From Fidelibacterota bacterium MT.SAG.3 (GTDB lineage Bacteria; Fidelibacterota; SORT01), in contig SORT01000003.1 in NCBI GenBank assembly GCA_004402895.1, positions 1,009-65,008 of the forward strand: a stretch of 64,000 nt of DNA, in the 5' to 3' direction. The position numbers and the translations under genes were made by a program. This document shows, one piece after another, positions 1 through 11,202 of the stretch. Every line of letters begins with the position of its first letter. The first letter of the stretch is position 1. Under the pieces are notes generated by a model. That model searched no databases, was not told the DNA's origin, and saw only the letters and a list, made by a program, of their open reading frames with translations.

Positions 1-183
1 CACAAGAGTGCTTTTACCGGCGCCGGGTGGTCCTGTAATTCCAATTCGATGAGCACTGCCTGTGTTAGGATAGATTTTCTCGATCAGTTCGGTTGCGCCT
101 GAACTGCTGTTCTCCACTACGCTGATTGCTCTCGCAATGGCTCTCAGGTCCCCGTTATAAATATCATCGATGTTTATCGCCAT
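1..183 (-). CDS. MeaB/ArgK-family GTPase, N-terminal fragment (runs off window start)
   Basis: Reverse translation from the ATG at 181-183 gives MAINIDDIYNGDLRAIARAISVVENSSSGATELIEKIYPNTGSAHRIGITGPPGAGKSTLV. The R..ARAIsxVEN motif and Walker A GITGxPGAGKST match the methylmalonyl-CoA mutase accessory GTPase family. Only 61 aa are visible. Confidence 0.55.
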   Translation of the reverse strand, partial: MAINIDDIYNGDLRAIARAISVVENSSSGATELIEKIYPNTGSAHRIGITGPPGAGKSTLV

Positions 184-326
184 GGTTAACAGAAAAATAC
201 TCTGAAATACAATTCTTCGCAAGTCGTATTCCCTTTATGCCTGTTTGTTGCCCGCGGCTTTAAAATTTTATTAGAGTTTTATGATCTAAAAGTAATAACG
301 GTATAAACCCTGTCATGTATCATCGA

Positions 327-2657
327 TTACAATTTACTCCTGCCGTCAAGCAGAGATACGAATATGTCCAAATCGTTGGTCGGAAGTTTACATGCATAAT
401 TTTCACATACATAGGCAGTAGCTTTACCATCGATCATCTTCATGTACTTCACAATTTCTAAATTCTTGTTCATGTAATTTTCTTCGTTCTCCACGTCGGA
501 ATGAATTACAACTTTATTAGGGATATAAAATTCATGCAGCGTTTGAAGCATCATCTTTGTATCATCAGATTTAATTTTTCCGGCAATTATAATCTGTTTA
601 GGCTTAGTGAGGCTAAAATCCACTGCTGCTAACATTTGCGGAAGAGCATGCGGAGATTTACTGAGTATTCCGGAATAATATGATAAAATTCCATCAGCCT
701 TATCTCTTAGTTCAGACTTATCCAATATTTGAGATAGTTTCAGCAGATTCATCACAGCGATGGAATTCCCGGTCGGTTCGGCGCCGTCGTAGTCGTCTCT
801 CATGCGGACTATCAAGTTTTCACTATCTTCAGGAGTGTCATAAAACGCCTTGCTCTTATTATCGTAGAACCGTTCTATCATCAGATCATTTAATTCATCT
901 GCCCACTCAAGCCAATCACTATTGAACGATGCCTCGTAAAGGTCTATCAGACCTGCAACCAAGAGCGCGTAATCTGAAAGATTAGCTTCTATTCCTGCTT
1001 CACCATCCCTGAATCGTCTTAATAATATTTTTTCCTTGGCATCATATAGATTTAACTTGATAAAATGCGCCGCCCTTTCGGCAGACAATAAATAGCCGTC
1101 ATCATGAAGGATTTGATACGCTCTTGCGTATGCTGAGATCATATAACCGTTCCATGAGACAAGTATCTTATCATCGAGATGAGGATTCATCCGCTTTTCT
1201 CTATGATCATAAACTTTTATGCGTGATTCATCAAGCGCTGATTTTAAGTCCACAATTGGAATATCAAATTCAGACGCCGTCTCTTCAAGTGTGTGGGCTA
1301 TATACAATACGTTCTTCCCAGGAAAATAATTGTGCGGATCCTCTAATACATTTCCTGAAGATTCAACTCCATAGTAATATGCGAACAGCTTTCCGGCTTC
1401 CTCTCCCAACAGTTCCATAAGTTCCGATTGTGACCAGATGTAAAATGCCCCTTCCGCCTTAATATCCGGATTATCCGGATCGGTAGCGCTCTCGGCATCT
1501 TCGGCAGAGTAAAATCCGCCATTCTCATCTGTGAAATTTTTCGAGATATAATTCAACACGTCCTTAACATTATCAGAGTAGAATTCATCTCCTGTCAGCT
1601 GATATGCATCAAGATAGGAATTTACTAATTGCCCCTGATCATAAAGCATCTTTTCAAAGTGCGGTACATGCCACCGTTCATCGGTCGAATAGCGGTGGAA
1701 GCCACCCCCTATATGGTCGTAAATTCCACCTTCGGCCATTTTTCTCAGTGTCTGAAGTGTCATCTCCTTCGCTTTTTCATTTCCCGTTCTTGCTGCATAT
1801 CTGAACATGAAATTGAATGTAGAAGCTCTCGGAAACTTTGGCGCATTGCCAAATCCGCCATGGGTATCGTCATACATGCTTTCAAACACTTTATATCCCG
1901 CATCAAGAACTTCCGCTCCGGGCAGCTTTGTAGGAGCGTCGGATGCCTGATGCTCGGTAAGAACAGAATAAAGACTTTCGGCACTTTTATTTAACTCGTC
2001 TCTATTATTCCTCCAGAGTTCATCTAACTTGGTTATAAGTTCAACAAATCCTGGTCTTCCATAATTGCTTTCAGGAGGTATATAGGTACCGCCCCAAAAA
2101 GGTTTTAAATCTTTTGTCATAAAGATAGACATAGGCCATCCACCGCTCCCTGTCATCATCTGCAGCGCTTGCATATAAATTCGATCTACATCCGGTCTTT
2201 CTTCCCTGTCTACTTTGATTGAAATAAACAATTTATTCATTATTTCGGCAATCTCAGGTACTTCGAATATCTCCCTTTCCATCACGTGACACCAGTAGCA
2301 TGTCGAATATCCAATTGAAAGAAAGATAAATTTATCCTCTTTTCGTGCTTTTTTGAATGCCTCATCTCCCCATGGATACCAGTCAACCGGATTGAAAGCA
2401 TGCTGCAGCAGATAAGGACTCTTTTCATCTATCAATCTGTTGGGCTTATGACCTTCATCCTTCATTCTCTTTATAAAAGATTTGATATCGCCTTCGTAAA
2501 GTTCGTCAATATTTGAATTAAACCGCGATGCGGTTTTTGATTTCATCGGATAAATTCCTTTCTCTGATGCTATATATTCCGGTTCTTTTGCACAGCCAAG
2601 ATTCATAAACAAAATAACAAGGAAGAAAATTAGTGGGGTTGTACTATTATGATTCAT
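327..2657 (-). CDS. thioredoxin domain-containing protein (YyaL/DUF255 N-terminus plus six-hairpin glycosidase-like body), probable lipoprotein
   Basis: 776 aa. Lipobox-like LFMNLGC signal. [21 protein letters not shown] and [15 protein letters not shown] are the DUF255 thioredoxin-fold signatures. C-terminal [12 protein letters not shown] is typical of this family. Confidence 0.8.
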   Translation of the reverse strand: MNHNSTTPLIFFLVILFMNLGCAKEPEYIASEKGIYPMKSKTASRFNSNIDELYEGDIKSFIKRMKDEGHKPNRLIDEKSPYLLQHAFNPVDWYPWGDEAFKKARKEDKFIFLSIGYSTCYWCHVMEREIFEVPEIAEIMNKLFISIKVDREERPDVDRIYMQALQMMTGSGGWPMSIFMTKDLKPFWGGTYIPPESNYGRPGFVELITKLDELWRNNRDELNKSAESLYSVLTEHQASDAPTKLPGAEVLDAGYKVFESMYDDTHGGFGNAPKFPRASTFNFMFRYAARTGNEKAKEMTLQTLRKMAEGGIYDHIGGGFHRYSTDERWHVPHFEKMLYDQGQLVNSYLDAYQLTGDEFYSDNVKDVLNYISKNFTDENGGFYSAEDAESATDPDNPDIKAEGAFYIWSQSELMELLGEEAGKLFAYYYGVESSGNVLEDPHNYFPGKNVLYIAHTLEETASEFDIPIVDLKSALDESRIKVYDHREKRMNPHLDDKILVSWNGYMISAYARAYQILHDDGYLLSAERAAHFIKLNLYDAKEKILLRRFRDGEAGIEANLSDYALLVAGLIDLYEASFNSDWLEWADELNDLMIERFYDNKSKAFYDTPEDSENLIVRMRDDYDGAEPTGNSIAVMNLLKLSQILDKSELRDKADGILSYYSGILSKSPHALPQMLAAVDFSLTKPKQIIIAGKIKSDDTKMMLQTLHEFYIPNKVVIHSDVENEENYMNKNLEIVKYMKMIDGKATAYVCENYACKLPTNDLDIFVSLLDGRSKL

Positions 2658-2841
2658 TTAATTTAGTTTATACATAAACTATTCCTGCTTATAATCAACT
2701 TACTGACTATTATCATTAATCAATCTTCATACCAAGTTATCAACATTAATTAAATTATCAATCAATTCACGATGATTCTGAAAGATAGAGTCAGTAGGCT
2801 CTATAATTAGATAGTTTATGCTTAAACCAAATATCTCCTCT

Positions 2842-3945
2842 CTATTCTAAAATCGAGGCAAGTCGTTCGGCAAATTTCTCAATCGAGAATATATCTTCCG
2901 CTCGTTTCCTTCCTGCAATTCCATATTTCTTACTTAACTCTTCATCTTCGGCGAGCTTCAATATCGCCTCCGAAAGCATCACTTCATCTTCTGAATTGAA
3001 TATCAATCCTGTCTCTCCGTTAATGACTAATTCAGGAAGAACATTAATATCAGAAGCAATTACGGCTTTCCCGGAAGCCATGAATTCCATACCAATTCGA
3101 CAAATCACCTCAGAAAACAGAGAGGGAATAACGCCAACATCAACTTTCGAAATAGCATCATTCACATTATCGAAATTATCAAATATCTCTACGCTATCAC
3201 TTATCCCAAGATTTTCGGCAATTTCTTGTAGATCGTTCTTTTTAATCTGTTCCTCTTTTCCCGATATAAGAAATTTTAGGTTCTTGTTTTTCTTTAAAGC
3301 CAACGCAGCGGCTTTTAGAAATAGAGAATGCCCCTTTACTGGTGAAAGTCGGGCAATCAAACCGAACACAACTTGGTCATTCTCTATTCTATCGAATTTT
3401 GAACTATTTTTTAATTCCGTCAGATCAAGAGGACCCAACAGTGACCTGAACTCAGTTCGCGGAATATTGAAAGCTGTTGAAAACGTGCTAACCAACGCTT
3501 CGCTCGAAGCTATGAAATAGTCAGTATACTTTCTATAAATACCTTTGCTGATAATATTAACTTTCGGTGTCATGTCATCGCTTAGCGCCCGGATAACTTT
3601 TATTTTATCGCCTAATTTCTTCTTCGCCCTCGAAGCCCAAAAATGTGATGGAGGTCCGTGCGAAATAAGATGAGTGTATCTTCCCTCTTGTATAATATTC
3701 AGCAGACCAGAAAGATCGCTATAGTACTTCAATGGATTATTGCTTCTCGGATTAAAACCTGAAAGTACTTTCAGCCCGAGTTCTTTCGCTTTTTTTATCG
3801 CAAGAGTTTCGTGGTCACCGACTATATCCGAAGTTAAGCCAACATCTTTAAGCGCTTTAGTTACATAGACTGCGAAATACGCCGTCCCGCTCCACCATCG
3901 GTTGTCAACAATGTTTAGAATCCGTGTTTTATTTTCTTGTTTCAT
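2842..3945 (-). CDS. glycosyltransferase family 1 (GT4-type)
   Basis: 367 aa with the GT-B C-terminal signature (GMEFMASGKAVIASDINVLPELVINGETGLIF). Confidence 0.75.
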   Translation of the reverse strand: MKQENKTRILNIVDNRWWSGTAYFAVYVTKALKDVGLTSDIVGDHETLAIKKAKELGLKVLSGFNPRSNNPLKYYSDLSGLLNIIQEGRYTHLISHGPPSHFWASRAKKKLGDKIKVIRALSDDMTPKVNIISKGIYRKYTDYFIASSEALVSTFSTAFNIPRTEFRSLLGPLDLTELKNSSKFDRIENDQVVFGLIARLSPVKGHSLFLKAAALALKKNKNLKFLISGKEEQIKKNDLQEIAENLGISDSVEIFDNFDNVNDAISKVDVGVIPSLFSEVICRIGMEFMASGKAVIASDINVLPELVINGETGLIFNSEDEVMLSEAILKLAEDEELSKKYGIAGRKRAEDIFSIEKFAERLASILE

Positions 3946-4004
3946 TCACAGTCATCAAATAATTTAATTCAACGAATTGAAATGTTACGGCAGACTATTT
4001 AATA

Positions 4005-4889
4005 ATGCAAGTAAGCGGATTTTCTTTTGTCCGAAATGGAATAAAACTCGGTTATCCCGTTACCGAGGCTATTCGTTCTATTCTACCGATATGTGATGAA
4101 TTTATCATTGCCGTCGGTAAATCAGAGGATGATACTCTTGAACAGATAAAAGCGATCGGTGACAGCAAGATTCGTATTATTGAAACTGAATGGGATAAAA
4201 ATATGTATGTCCGCGGACGAATCAATTCGTTTCAAACGAATATCGCCCTTAAAGAATGCAAAGGCGATTGGTGTTTCTATATTCAGGCTGACGAGGTAGT
4301 TCATGAAAAATTCCTTCCTCTAATTGAAGCTAAGATGAAAAAATTCCAGCATGACGATGCTGTACAGGGACTCCTCTTCAATTATCTTCATTTTTGGGGT
4401 TCATATGATTATTATCAAGATTCAAGGCGCTGGTATCGGCGAGAAATTCGGGTGATAAAGAATAATTTGGGAATCGAGTCACGGGGGGACGCACAATCCT
4501 TCAGTCTTAATAGCCATAAAATCCGGGTCGTAAAAATAGATTCCGATATTTATCACTATGGCTGGGTACGTCCTCCAAAAGTCATGCAAGAAAAACATAT
4601 TTCCATGCAATCTCTGTATCACGACGATGAATGGATTGAGAAAAACTTTGCGAACACTCCTGAAGAATTTAATTATGGTAATCCGAAATATTTAGCCAAA
4701 TTCGATGAAACCCACCCCGAGGTGATGATCGAGAGGATCAAAGAGTTAAACTGGGATTTTTCAAAAGGCAAATACGCCGGGAATCCACATGAAAAACTCT
4801 TTAGCAGAATCAGATCATTTTTTGAAAATAAAGTAATACATTATAGGATAGGCGAGTATAAAAACTATATCTTACTGAAAAATAAGTAG
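4005..4889 (+). CDS. glycosyltransferase family 2-like protein
   Basis: 294 aa. N-terminal GT-A-like region with an acidic QADEV (DXD-like) motif. Sits inside a GT1/GT9 cluster. The family call is by resemblance only. Confidence 0.5.
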   Translation: MQVSGFSFVRNGIKLGYPVTEAIRSILPICDEFIIAVGKSEDDTLEQIKAIGDSKIRIIETEWDKNMYVRGRINSFQTNIALKECKGDWCFYIQADEVVHEKFLPLIEAKMKKFQHDDAVQGLLFNYLHFWGSYDYYQDSRRWYRREIRVIKNNLGIESRGDAQSFSLNSHKIRVVKIDSDIYHYGWVRPPKVMQEKHISMQSLYHDDEWIEKNFANTPEEFNYGNPKYLAKFDETHPEVMIERIKELNWDFSKGKYAGNPHEKLFSRIRSFFENKVIHYRIGEYKNYILLKNK

Positions 4890-4890
4890 T

Positions 4891-5898
4891 TTATCGTACC
4901 TCAGCTGACAAAATACTTTCAAATCTTTCCGCCCAAGATTCCACTGAGAACTCCTCTCTGATCTTTTTCCTGGCTGCTTTTCCCATTTGCAGCCTAAGAG
5001 TTCGCGATTCAATTAATTTGCCGAGTCTGTCCACCCATTCATCATCGGAACTCACCAGAAAGCCATCTACACCATCAGTGACGACTGAGGAATTTGCTCC
5101 CACATTCGAAGCTACCACTGGTAGGCCTGCTCCCATATATTGAATCAGCTTGAATGCGCACTTGCCTCGGCTCAATTCGTCGTCGATCAGGGGCATAATT
5201 CCGATTTGAAAGGACGAAATATGATCCCTGTACTTTTCAATGTGCCACTTGACGTTATCTATTTTTATTCCTTCTATATCAAGCTGTTTGTCCGAGATCA
5301 CCCTGATAGTAACTTCGGCGTACATATCTGATATAGTCTTCAGTATCTTACTCATCTTTTTCAGATAAAAGTGGTTATCAGCGATCCCAATCCAACCAAT
5401 GGCGACTTTATCTTCTTCCTTCTGAAGGATTTCTCGGTAATCTGAATTGAGTATTGTTGTCGGGACCAGCTTGACGTAAGGATTAAAAGTAGAGGCATAT
5501 TTTGCGAGATGAGCGCTGCCGGCGATAACTGTTGAGGCAGATTTCAGCGCATATTTTAACCGTCTCTTCGTTTTTCTCGAGCCTGGTCCTATGGCAGAAA
5601 CTTTTTCCGAAAAGGAAGTATTAGAATATAGAGCATCGTCGAAATCATAAATTATGCGTTGATTCAACAGCCTGATAAACCTTAGGAACAGCCTTGTGAA
5701 TAGTTTTTTCTGAATGAAGACAACGTCTGCATTGCGTACTTTCTTCACAATCGCCACAAATTTCCTGGCTCGTATGCGCCTCGCAAATATCCAGTCAACT
5801 GACCATCCCTGTTTTTCGAGCAACGGAATCCATTGAAGCGCCTGGTATCGTGTGCTGCCTGTCCGCTCATCCCCTGTTGTTAAGAATATTATTCTCAT
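4891..5898 (-). CDS. glycosyltransferase family 1
   Basis: 335 aa. C-terminal GAGLPVVASNVGANSSVVTDGVDGFLV is a GT4 nucleotide-sugar binding signature. Confidence 0.7.
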   Translation of the reverse strand: MRIIFLTTGDERTGSTRYQALQWIPLLEKQGWSVDWIFARRIRARKFVAIVKKVRNADVVFIQKKLFTRLFLRFIRLLNQRIIYDFDDALYSNTSFSEKVSAIGPGSRKTKRRLKYALKSASTVIAGSAHLAKYASTFNPYVKLVPTTILNSDYREILQKEEDKVAIGWIGIADNHFYLKKMSKILKTISDMYAEVTIRVISDKQLDIEGIKIDNVKWHIEKYRDHISSFQIGIMPLIDDELSRGKCAFKLIQYMGAGLPVVASNVGANSSVVTDGVDGFLVSSDDEWVDRLGKLIESRTLRLQMGKAARKKIREEFSVESWAERFESILSAEVR

Positions 5899-5914
5899 CC
5901 GAATTGATTACTTT

Positions 5915-7036
5915 TCACTTCATAGTGTCTAAAAAAATCTTTTCCGCACTATTGATCATCCCATCAAGAGAAAAATATCTCTCCACGTGTTTTTTGCCAT
6001 TTCGAGCCAGAGACTGCCTATAAGACAAATCAGATTTAAGTTTCAATAACGATTTTGCAAGAGATGCCGGGTCTTCCGGTGGTACCATAGCTATTATTCC
6101 CCCTTTCTCTGCTATTTCCCTGACTCCGGGAATGTCCGTAGCGAGGATCGGAGTTCCATGAGCAAGCGCTTCGAGAACAGTGTTTGGCATGCCTTCATAT
6201 AGCGATGGATGAATCAGCAAGTCGGTATCGGCAAGTATGTTGCTCACGTCTTCCCGGTGGCCGATAAACCGCACAAGATGCCCGATTTCCAATCTGTCTA
6301 CCTGATCACGCAAGGCTTTATCTTCCTCCCCATCTCCTATAACTATCACTTGAGTACCATCTATTTTATGTTCCAGCATAGAAAGCGCATTGAATAGAAA
6401 TTTGTGGCCCTTCTGTTGACTCAACCTTCCCAAAATTACGGCAAGAAAAGTATTTTCTCCAATTCCCAGCTCCTTTCTGAACGTTCCTTTCTCTACTTGT
6501 CCCGGGATTTCGACGCCGTTGTGCAGTACTTTTACCTTTTCGGCGCTCAGCCAAGGTAATATTTCTAAAAGAGAATCAGACAAGGCCGTCGACGGTGTAA
6601 TAACGACATCCACAATTCTATCATAGATAATCTTAAAGCGCAGTCGATTCTTGACAACCGCTAACCCCTTCCTGATTATCACAGAAGGCCTACTGTCCCA
6701 CCAAAATACCGGTGCAAGTAATCTAAGCTCTTTTTCCCGCCCGAGAAGGACAAGATCTATCTTCTCTTTCTTGATAATTTTCCTTAATCTGTAGCTTGTG
6801 ACTGGGTTGAAATCAGAGTTAAAATTCAAGGGGTAATACCTAAATGAATTACTTTTCGCTTTATTGAGAAATCTGCTGTCAGGTCTTCCGCAGTAAATCA
6901 CTTCATATCCCTTTTTCCTCAAACCTGTTCCTAATTCGTACATCCATTTTTCACCGCCCCCCCATATATCTTTTCTAATTGAATTGACAAATAAAAAGTT
7001 TATGCGGCGATCACTTGGGCTCATCTGTTTAGCCAT
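5915..7036 (-). CDS. glycosyltransferase family 1
   Basis: 373 aa with the GT-B fold signature EGMPNTVLEALAHGTPILATDIPGVREI. Confidence 0.8.
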   Translation of the reverse strand: MAKQMSPSDRRINFLFVNSIRKDIWGGGEKWMYELGTGLRKKGYEVIYCGRPDSRFLNKAKSNSFRYYPLNFNSDFNPVTSYRLRKIIKKEKIDLVLLGREKELRLLAPVFWWDSRPSVIIRKGLAVVKNRLRFKIIYDRIVDVVITPSTALSDSLLEILPWLSAEKVKVLHNGVEIPGQVEKGTFRKELGIGENTFLAVILGRLSQQKGHKFLFNALSMLEHKIDGTQVIVIGDGEEDKALRDQVDRLEIGHLVRFIGHREDVSNILADTDLLIHPSLYEGMPNTVLEALAHGTPILATDIPGVREIAEKGGIIAMVPPEDPASLAKSLLKLKSDLSYRQSLARNGKKHVERYFSLDGMINSAEKIFLDTMK

Positions 7037-8088
7037 CCTCTCACGATCGTCAGGACTTTTTCATATGGCGGGTTTAAAGGAGTAACTATCTTGTGTGGTA
7101 AATTAGTATAACCGTATCTATCATAGTTATCCACTTTAAATATTTGCACGGAGGGTATCCCTAAAGCCGCAGCGATATGCAAAGGACCATTGTCACCGGT
7201 AACAAACAAATTACATCTTGCTGTCAAGCCAATCACAAGGTCGATGGGAGCCGATTGAACATGGTATACATTCAAATTACTATCCAGATCCATCTCTTTA
7301 AGCAAATCTGCTTCGTTCGGGCCGCTAAACATAATTACCTTCTTACCTTCCAACCCTAAATCATGTGCTAATTTAATAAAATTATCCAAATCCCAACGCT
7401 TATCATAACGCCCTCCGACATGAATTCCTATCAAAGTGTCAGAAGTAGATATACCGAGTTTAGTTAACATCTTCTCTGCCTGCTTCCTTTCTTCCTCAGT
7501 TGCGCTAAAAGTTGGATAGAGTACTCGCTTTTTATTGGAGATGTAATCCGCCAAATGGAGTAATAATTGTGATTCATGTTGTTTTTCATTTATCTGCGGA
7601 ACTGCTATATCGAGGAAAGCCGCCGATTCTTGCCTGTCATAACCTACATATACCTTTGATCTTGCCGCCGTCCCAATAAGAATATTATTCGTAGAAAGTG
7701 ATGTCATGCTTCCGGCATCGATTACAAGATCATAGCCTGTTTTTTTAAGTTTGCTTCTAAATGAGAAATAGTAAAAAAAATTAATTGCAGCTCGTTTTTG
7801 GTCAAATGGAATGATTTTATTTATTACTTTAACTCTTTCAAGTATTTCGCTGAATTTATAACCTGTTACGACATCTAACTCAGCTAGCGGAAAATCTTCT
7901 TTTAAGGCTTCAAGAAGAGGAATTGTGAAGATCAGATTGCCTATCCGGTTATCTTGTCGAATAACAGCTATCTTTCTGATAGATAGCATTCTGAGTTCTT
8001 TTAATGAAATATGACGAGGAGAAGAGATATACGACAAAAACTTTATTAGAAGCCGTTTCAGCTTCCTTTCAAGAAATTTCGCAATCAC
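7021..8088 (-). CDS. glycosyltransferase family 9 (ADP-heptose:LPS heptosyltransferase-like)
   Basis: 355 aa. C-terminal GDNGPLHIAAALGIPSVQIF matches the GT9 D(S/N)GPMHLAAALG motif. Overlaps the upstream GT1 gene by 16 nt. Confidence 0.75.
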   Translation of the reverse strand: MIAKFLERKLKRLLIKFLSYISSPRHISLKELRMLSIRKIAVIRQDNRIGNLIFTIPLLEALKEDFPLAELDVVTGYKFSEILERVKVINKIIPFDQKRAAINFFYYFSFRSKLKKTGYDLVIDAGSMTSLSTNNILIGTAARSKVYVGYDRQESAAFLDIAVPQINEKQHESQLLLHLADYISNKKRVLYPTFSATEEERKQAEKMLTKLGISTSDTLIGIHVGGRYDKRWDLDNFIKLAHDLGLEGKKVIMFSGPNEADLLKEMDLDSNLNVYHVQSAPIDLVIGLTARCNLFVTGDNGPLHIAAALGIPSVQIFKVDNYDRYGYTNLPHKIVTPLNPPYEKVLTIVRGWLNR

Positions 8089-8090
8089 AA

Positions 8091-9929
8091 TTAATTAAAT
8101 TGGATATTATAAAGTTTGGAGAAGAGACCCTCTTTTTTAAGTAGCTCTTCGTGCGTACCTGATTGAACAATTACTCCATTATCCAACACAATTATCTTAT
8201 CAGCATTTTTAATTGTTGATAAGCGATGGGCTATTACAATTACAGTCCTGTTTTTCATAAGGCGCTCAATTGCTTCTTGAACCTTTTTTTCTGAATCAGC
8301 ATCAAGAGAGGAAGTCGCCTCATCAAATATCAATATAGGAGGATTATTCAAAATAGCCCTCGCTATGGAGATCCTTTGCTGCTGACCGCCTGATAGACGA
8401 GTTCCGCGGTCGCCTATCTCCGTATCATATCCATTCGGGAATTCTTTGATAAAATCATGTGCGTTCGCCATTTTTGCAGATTTAATTATTTCTTCCTCTG
8501 AAACATCCGGTCTACCATAGGAAATATTATTTCTTATCGTATTATTGAAAAGGATGACTTCCTGCGTCACATAACCGGTTAATCTTCGTAAGCTTTTGAG
8601 TTCCAATTCTTTGAGATTTTTTCCGTCGAATAATATCTCACCTTTTGATGGGTCATAAAACCTCGGTATAAGGCTTGCAAGGGTTGATTTGCCTGCGCCG
8701 CTCGGACCTACCAAAGCAATTACATCGCCTGATTTTATTGTCAGATTAATATTTTTTAATATTTCACCCTCACCGTAGTCAAAGGAAACATTTTTGAATT
8801 CAATACTTTCTCTCAATCCATCAGCAATTATTGCATTATCCATATTAATGATCATCGGAACTGTATCTATTACATCGAAAATCCTTTCACCTGCTGCCAG
8901 TCCCTCCTGTATACGTGTGTAATGACCTCCAATCGCTTTTAAGGGCTGCATCATGCTGAATAGAGCAAATAGATACACTATGAATTCATTTGGTAGGATA
9001 CTGCCGTCAATAATAACTTGTTTGCCCCCATACCACAATACAATTGTTATGGCAAGAATTCCAAGCATCTCTGAGATAGGACTGGATAATTTCCTGAATA
9101 CCAATACCTTGCTCATGGTACCATGATAATCTGTAGACTCTTTCTTAAATTTATCAGTTTCATACTCTTCGGTAGCAAATGCTTTTACCACACGCATTCC
9201 AGAAATGGTTTCCTGAATAGCTGAGATTAACCTCGCCATTTTTTCCTGAGACTGAATAGATTGTTTTCGTAGAAATTTCCCGATCCTATAAAGAATGAAT
9301 ACCATGCTGAGAGAAACCAATAACGAAATTATCGTAAGCTTCCACGATATGACCAGTGCAATAAACAGATAAATAAAAAGCAGCAACGGATCTTTGATGA
9401 GATTCAGGAATGTTGCTGCAATTGCCACATTTACAATTTCTACGTCATTTGTCAATCGAGAGATGAGTGTGCCAACACGCGATTTATTGAAATAATCAAG
9501 TGAAAGATTGGCAATACTTTCAAATAATTCATTTCTAATATCCCGCACAACAGATTGCTCGATCAGTGATGTCATATACAGATTTAAATAATATGCCACA
9601 TTTTTTATGAAAAAAACGATAAGAATCCCTATGCAGATACGATATAGCGTCCCTAACCTCGTATCGGTTATAATATATGAATTAACGTAGCTGTTAATTT
9701 TAGTTTTCAAATCTAACGCAAAATCGGATTCGCTTTCTAATGGATGTGAAGATATTGGATTTGTTACTGCCTGCTCCGTCATATTTTGCGGATAAAATAT
9801 CAAGTTGAAGAGCGGACCAACCATCCAAATGGAGAGACTGCTGAAAACGGCATAAATTATAATCGCCACAACGGTAATAGATAATTTTGCAGCATACGGC
9901 TTCAGGTAGGATAATAGCCTAATAAACAA
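8091..9929 (-). CDS. msbA: ABC transporter permease/ATP-binding protein, MsbA-like lipid A exporter
   Basis: 612 aa. Six-TM N-terminal half, Walker A GPSGAGKST, ABC signature LSGGQQQRISIARAIL, Walker B ILIFDEATSSLD. First gene of the LPS-core glycosyltransferase run. Confidence 0.7.
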   Translation of the reverse strand: MFIRLLSYLKPYAAKLSITVVAIIIYAVFSSLSIWMVGPLFNLIFYPQNMTEQAVTNPISSHPLESESDFALDLKTKINSYVNSYIITDTRLGTLYRICIGILIVFFIKNVAYYLNLYMTSLIEQSVVRDIRNELFESIANLSLDYFNKSRVGTLISRLTNDVEIVNVAIAATFLNLIKDPLLLFIYLFIALVISWKLTIISLLVSLSMVFILYRIGKFLRKQSIQSQEKMARLISAIQETISGMRVVKAFATEEYETDKFKKESTDYHGTMSKVLVFRKLSSPISEMLGILAITIVLWYGGKQVIIDGSILPNEFIVYLFALFSMMQPLKAIGGHYTRIQEGLAAGERIFDVIDTVPMIINMDNAIIADGLRESIEFKNVSFDYGEGEILKNINLTIKSGDVIALVGPSGAGKSTLASLIPRFYDPSKGEILFDGKNLKELELKSLRRLTGYVTQEVILFNNTIRNNISYGRPDVSEEEIIKSAKMANAHDFIKEFPNGYDTEIGDRGTRLSGGQQQRISIARAILNNPPILIFDEATSSLDADSEKKVQEAIERLMKNRTVIVIAHRLSTIKNADKIIVLDNGVIVQSGTHEELLKKEGLFSKLYNIQFN

Positions 9930-10028
9930 TTGTCAGATTACTCATCTTTAGCGGTATCAAATCTTTTGAATATAATAATTTATGAAATAGAATCGATGAA
10001 AAAGTTAAAGTAGTGTATCGCCGTTTGG

Positions 10029-10730
10029 TTATAAACTCTTTGAAAAGTCAGATTTGAATCTTTCGTAATCCAGAATAATTAACTTCTTACCTTTCCTATC
10101 AATATAACCTTTTTCTGTAAAGTCACTCAGCACTCTTGATATGGTTTCCCTCGAAGTTCCGGACATATTCGCCATATCTTGCTGCATCGGTAATTCTGCT
10201 ATGGATACCTGTCCCATTTTGAAAGTACCTGATTCCTCGGCTATACGTAATATAGTCATGGCTACTCTGTTTTCGGCATCTGCAAGTGAGAGGTATTCTA
10301 TCTGCTGATCTGACATTCTGATTCTGTGCGCAAGCTCTTCAAGCAAAGTAATAGCTATTTGAGGACTGGTTTTGAGAATGTCCAAAAATTTGTCTCTTTT
10401 TAAAACAAATACTTCGCAATCTGAAAGAGCAATTACATTAGCTGACCGTGATTCGCCGTCTAACAGCGACATCTCTCCAAAAAATTCTCCTTCTCCCAAT
10501 ATAGAAAGTATAACTTCTTTTCCTCCTTCACTCAACCGAGTTATTTTAACTTTTCCCTCTTTAATAATGAAAAGTGAATCTCCCGGATCTTCTTCAAATA
10601 AAATAATATTTGCTTTCTTGTAAGAACGAGTAATAACATGAGTCCAGATTTCTATCTGTTCTGCTTCCTCAAGTTCACCAAAGAGCGGTAGGTTTTGTAG
10701 AAATTTGTAACTCAAGTCTCTAAACTCCAA
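10029..10730 (-). CDS. Crp/Fnr-family transcriptional regulator
   Basis: 233 aa. cNMP-binding beta-roll (GEGEFFGEMSLLDG) followed by a C-terminal HTH (SRETISRVLSDF). Confidence 0.8.
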   Translation of the reverse strand: MEFRDLSYKFLQNLPLFGELEEAEQIEIWTHVITRSYKKANIILFEEDPGDSLFIIKEGKVKITRLSEGGKEVILSILGEGEFFGEMSLLDGESRSANVIALSDCEVFVLKRDKFLDILKTSPQIAITLLEELAHRIRMSDQQIEYLSLADAENRVAMTILRIAEESGTFKMGQVSIAELPMQQDMANMSGTSRETISRVLSDFTEKGYIDRKGKKLIILDYERFKSDFSKSL

Positions 10731-10883
10731 AAGAACTGATTATGAACGATTACCATGTTGAATGCATACATCGGTATAAATTATCTGGGTTTACACCTTA
10801 TATGCAAGGAATTTGTACAGAATATTATTATATATTTAATTCATATCTGCTGCCGATTTATACAAGTTCCTTTCAAAAAGGAA

Positions 10884-10912
10884 TTGACATCAAGATCCTA
10901 TCATTATATATT
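10884..10912 (+). promoter_or_regulatory. candidate sigma70-like promoter of rpsT
   Basis: TTGACA (10884-10889), 17-nt spacer, TATATT (10907-10912), about 35 nt upstream of the rpsT ATG. Sequence pattern only. FCB bacteria may use a different consensus. Confidence 0.3.
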
Positions 10913-10947
10913 AGGTCGCTTAAAATTAAGGAGAGTAAAAGGAATAT

Positions 10948-11202
10948 ATGGCACACCATAAATCAACAATTAAAAGAATTAAAACTGATGCTAAAAGGCG
11001 TCTAAGAAATAATGGTTTTAAATCTAAGATGAAGACCAGCATAAAAGGGGTGTTTGAATCAAAAGTAAAAGAAGAAGCTGAAGTTCTTTTTCGCCAAACG
11101 TCTAAACTGATCGATCAGATCGCATCCAAAAAGATAATCCATAAGAAAAGAGCTGATTCTCACAAGTCTAAACTTGCAATCTACGTAAACTCTCTTTCCT
11201 GA
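10948..11202 (+). CDS. rpsT: 30S ribosomal protein S20
   Basis: 84 aa. MAHHKSTIKRIKTDAKRRLRNNGFKSKMKTSIKGV matches the S20 N-terminus (SAIKRxKQxEKRRxxN). Confidence 0.9.
   Translation: MAHHKSTIKRIKTDAKRRLRNNGFKSKMKTSIKGVFESKVKEEAEVLFRQTSKLIDQIASKKIIHKKRADSHKSKLAIYVNSLS

Noticed and set aside
2996-3520. 174-aa plus-strand ORF antisense to the GT1 gene. Similar long antisense ORFs occur at 11623-12081, 13025-13627, 32675-33097 and 35269-35790.
   Set aside because: Each lies wholly inside a strongly supported gene on the opposite strand and has low-complexity, Ser/Pro/Ile-rich translations typical of shadow ORFs.
10742-11005. Two overlapping small plus-strand ORFs (87 and 68 aa) upstream of and overlapping rpsT.
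   Set aside because: They occupy the AT-rich rpsT promoter/leader and run into the rpsT start in a different frame. No conserved motifs.
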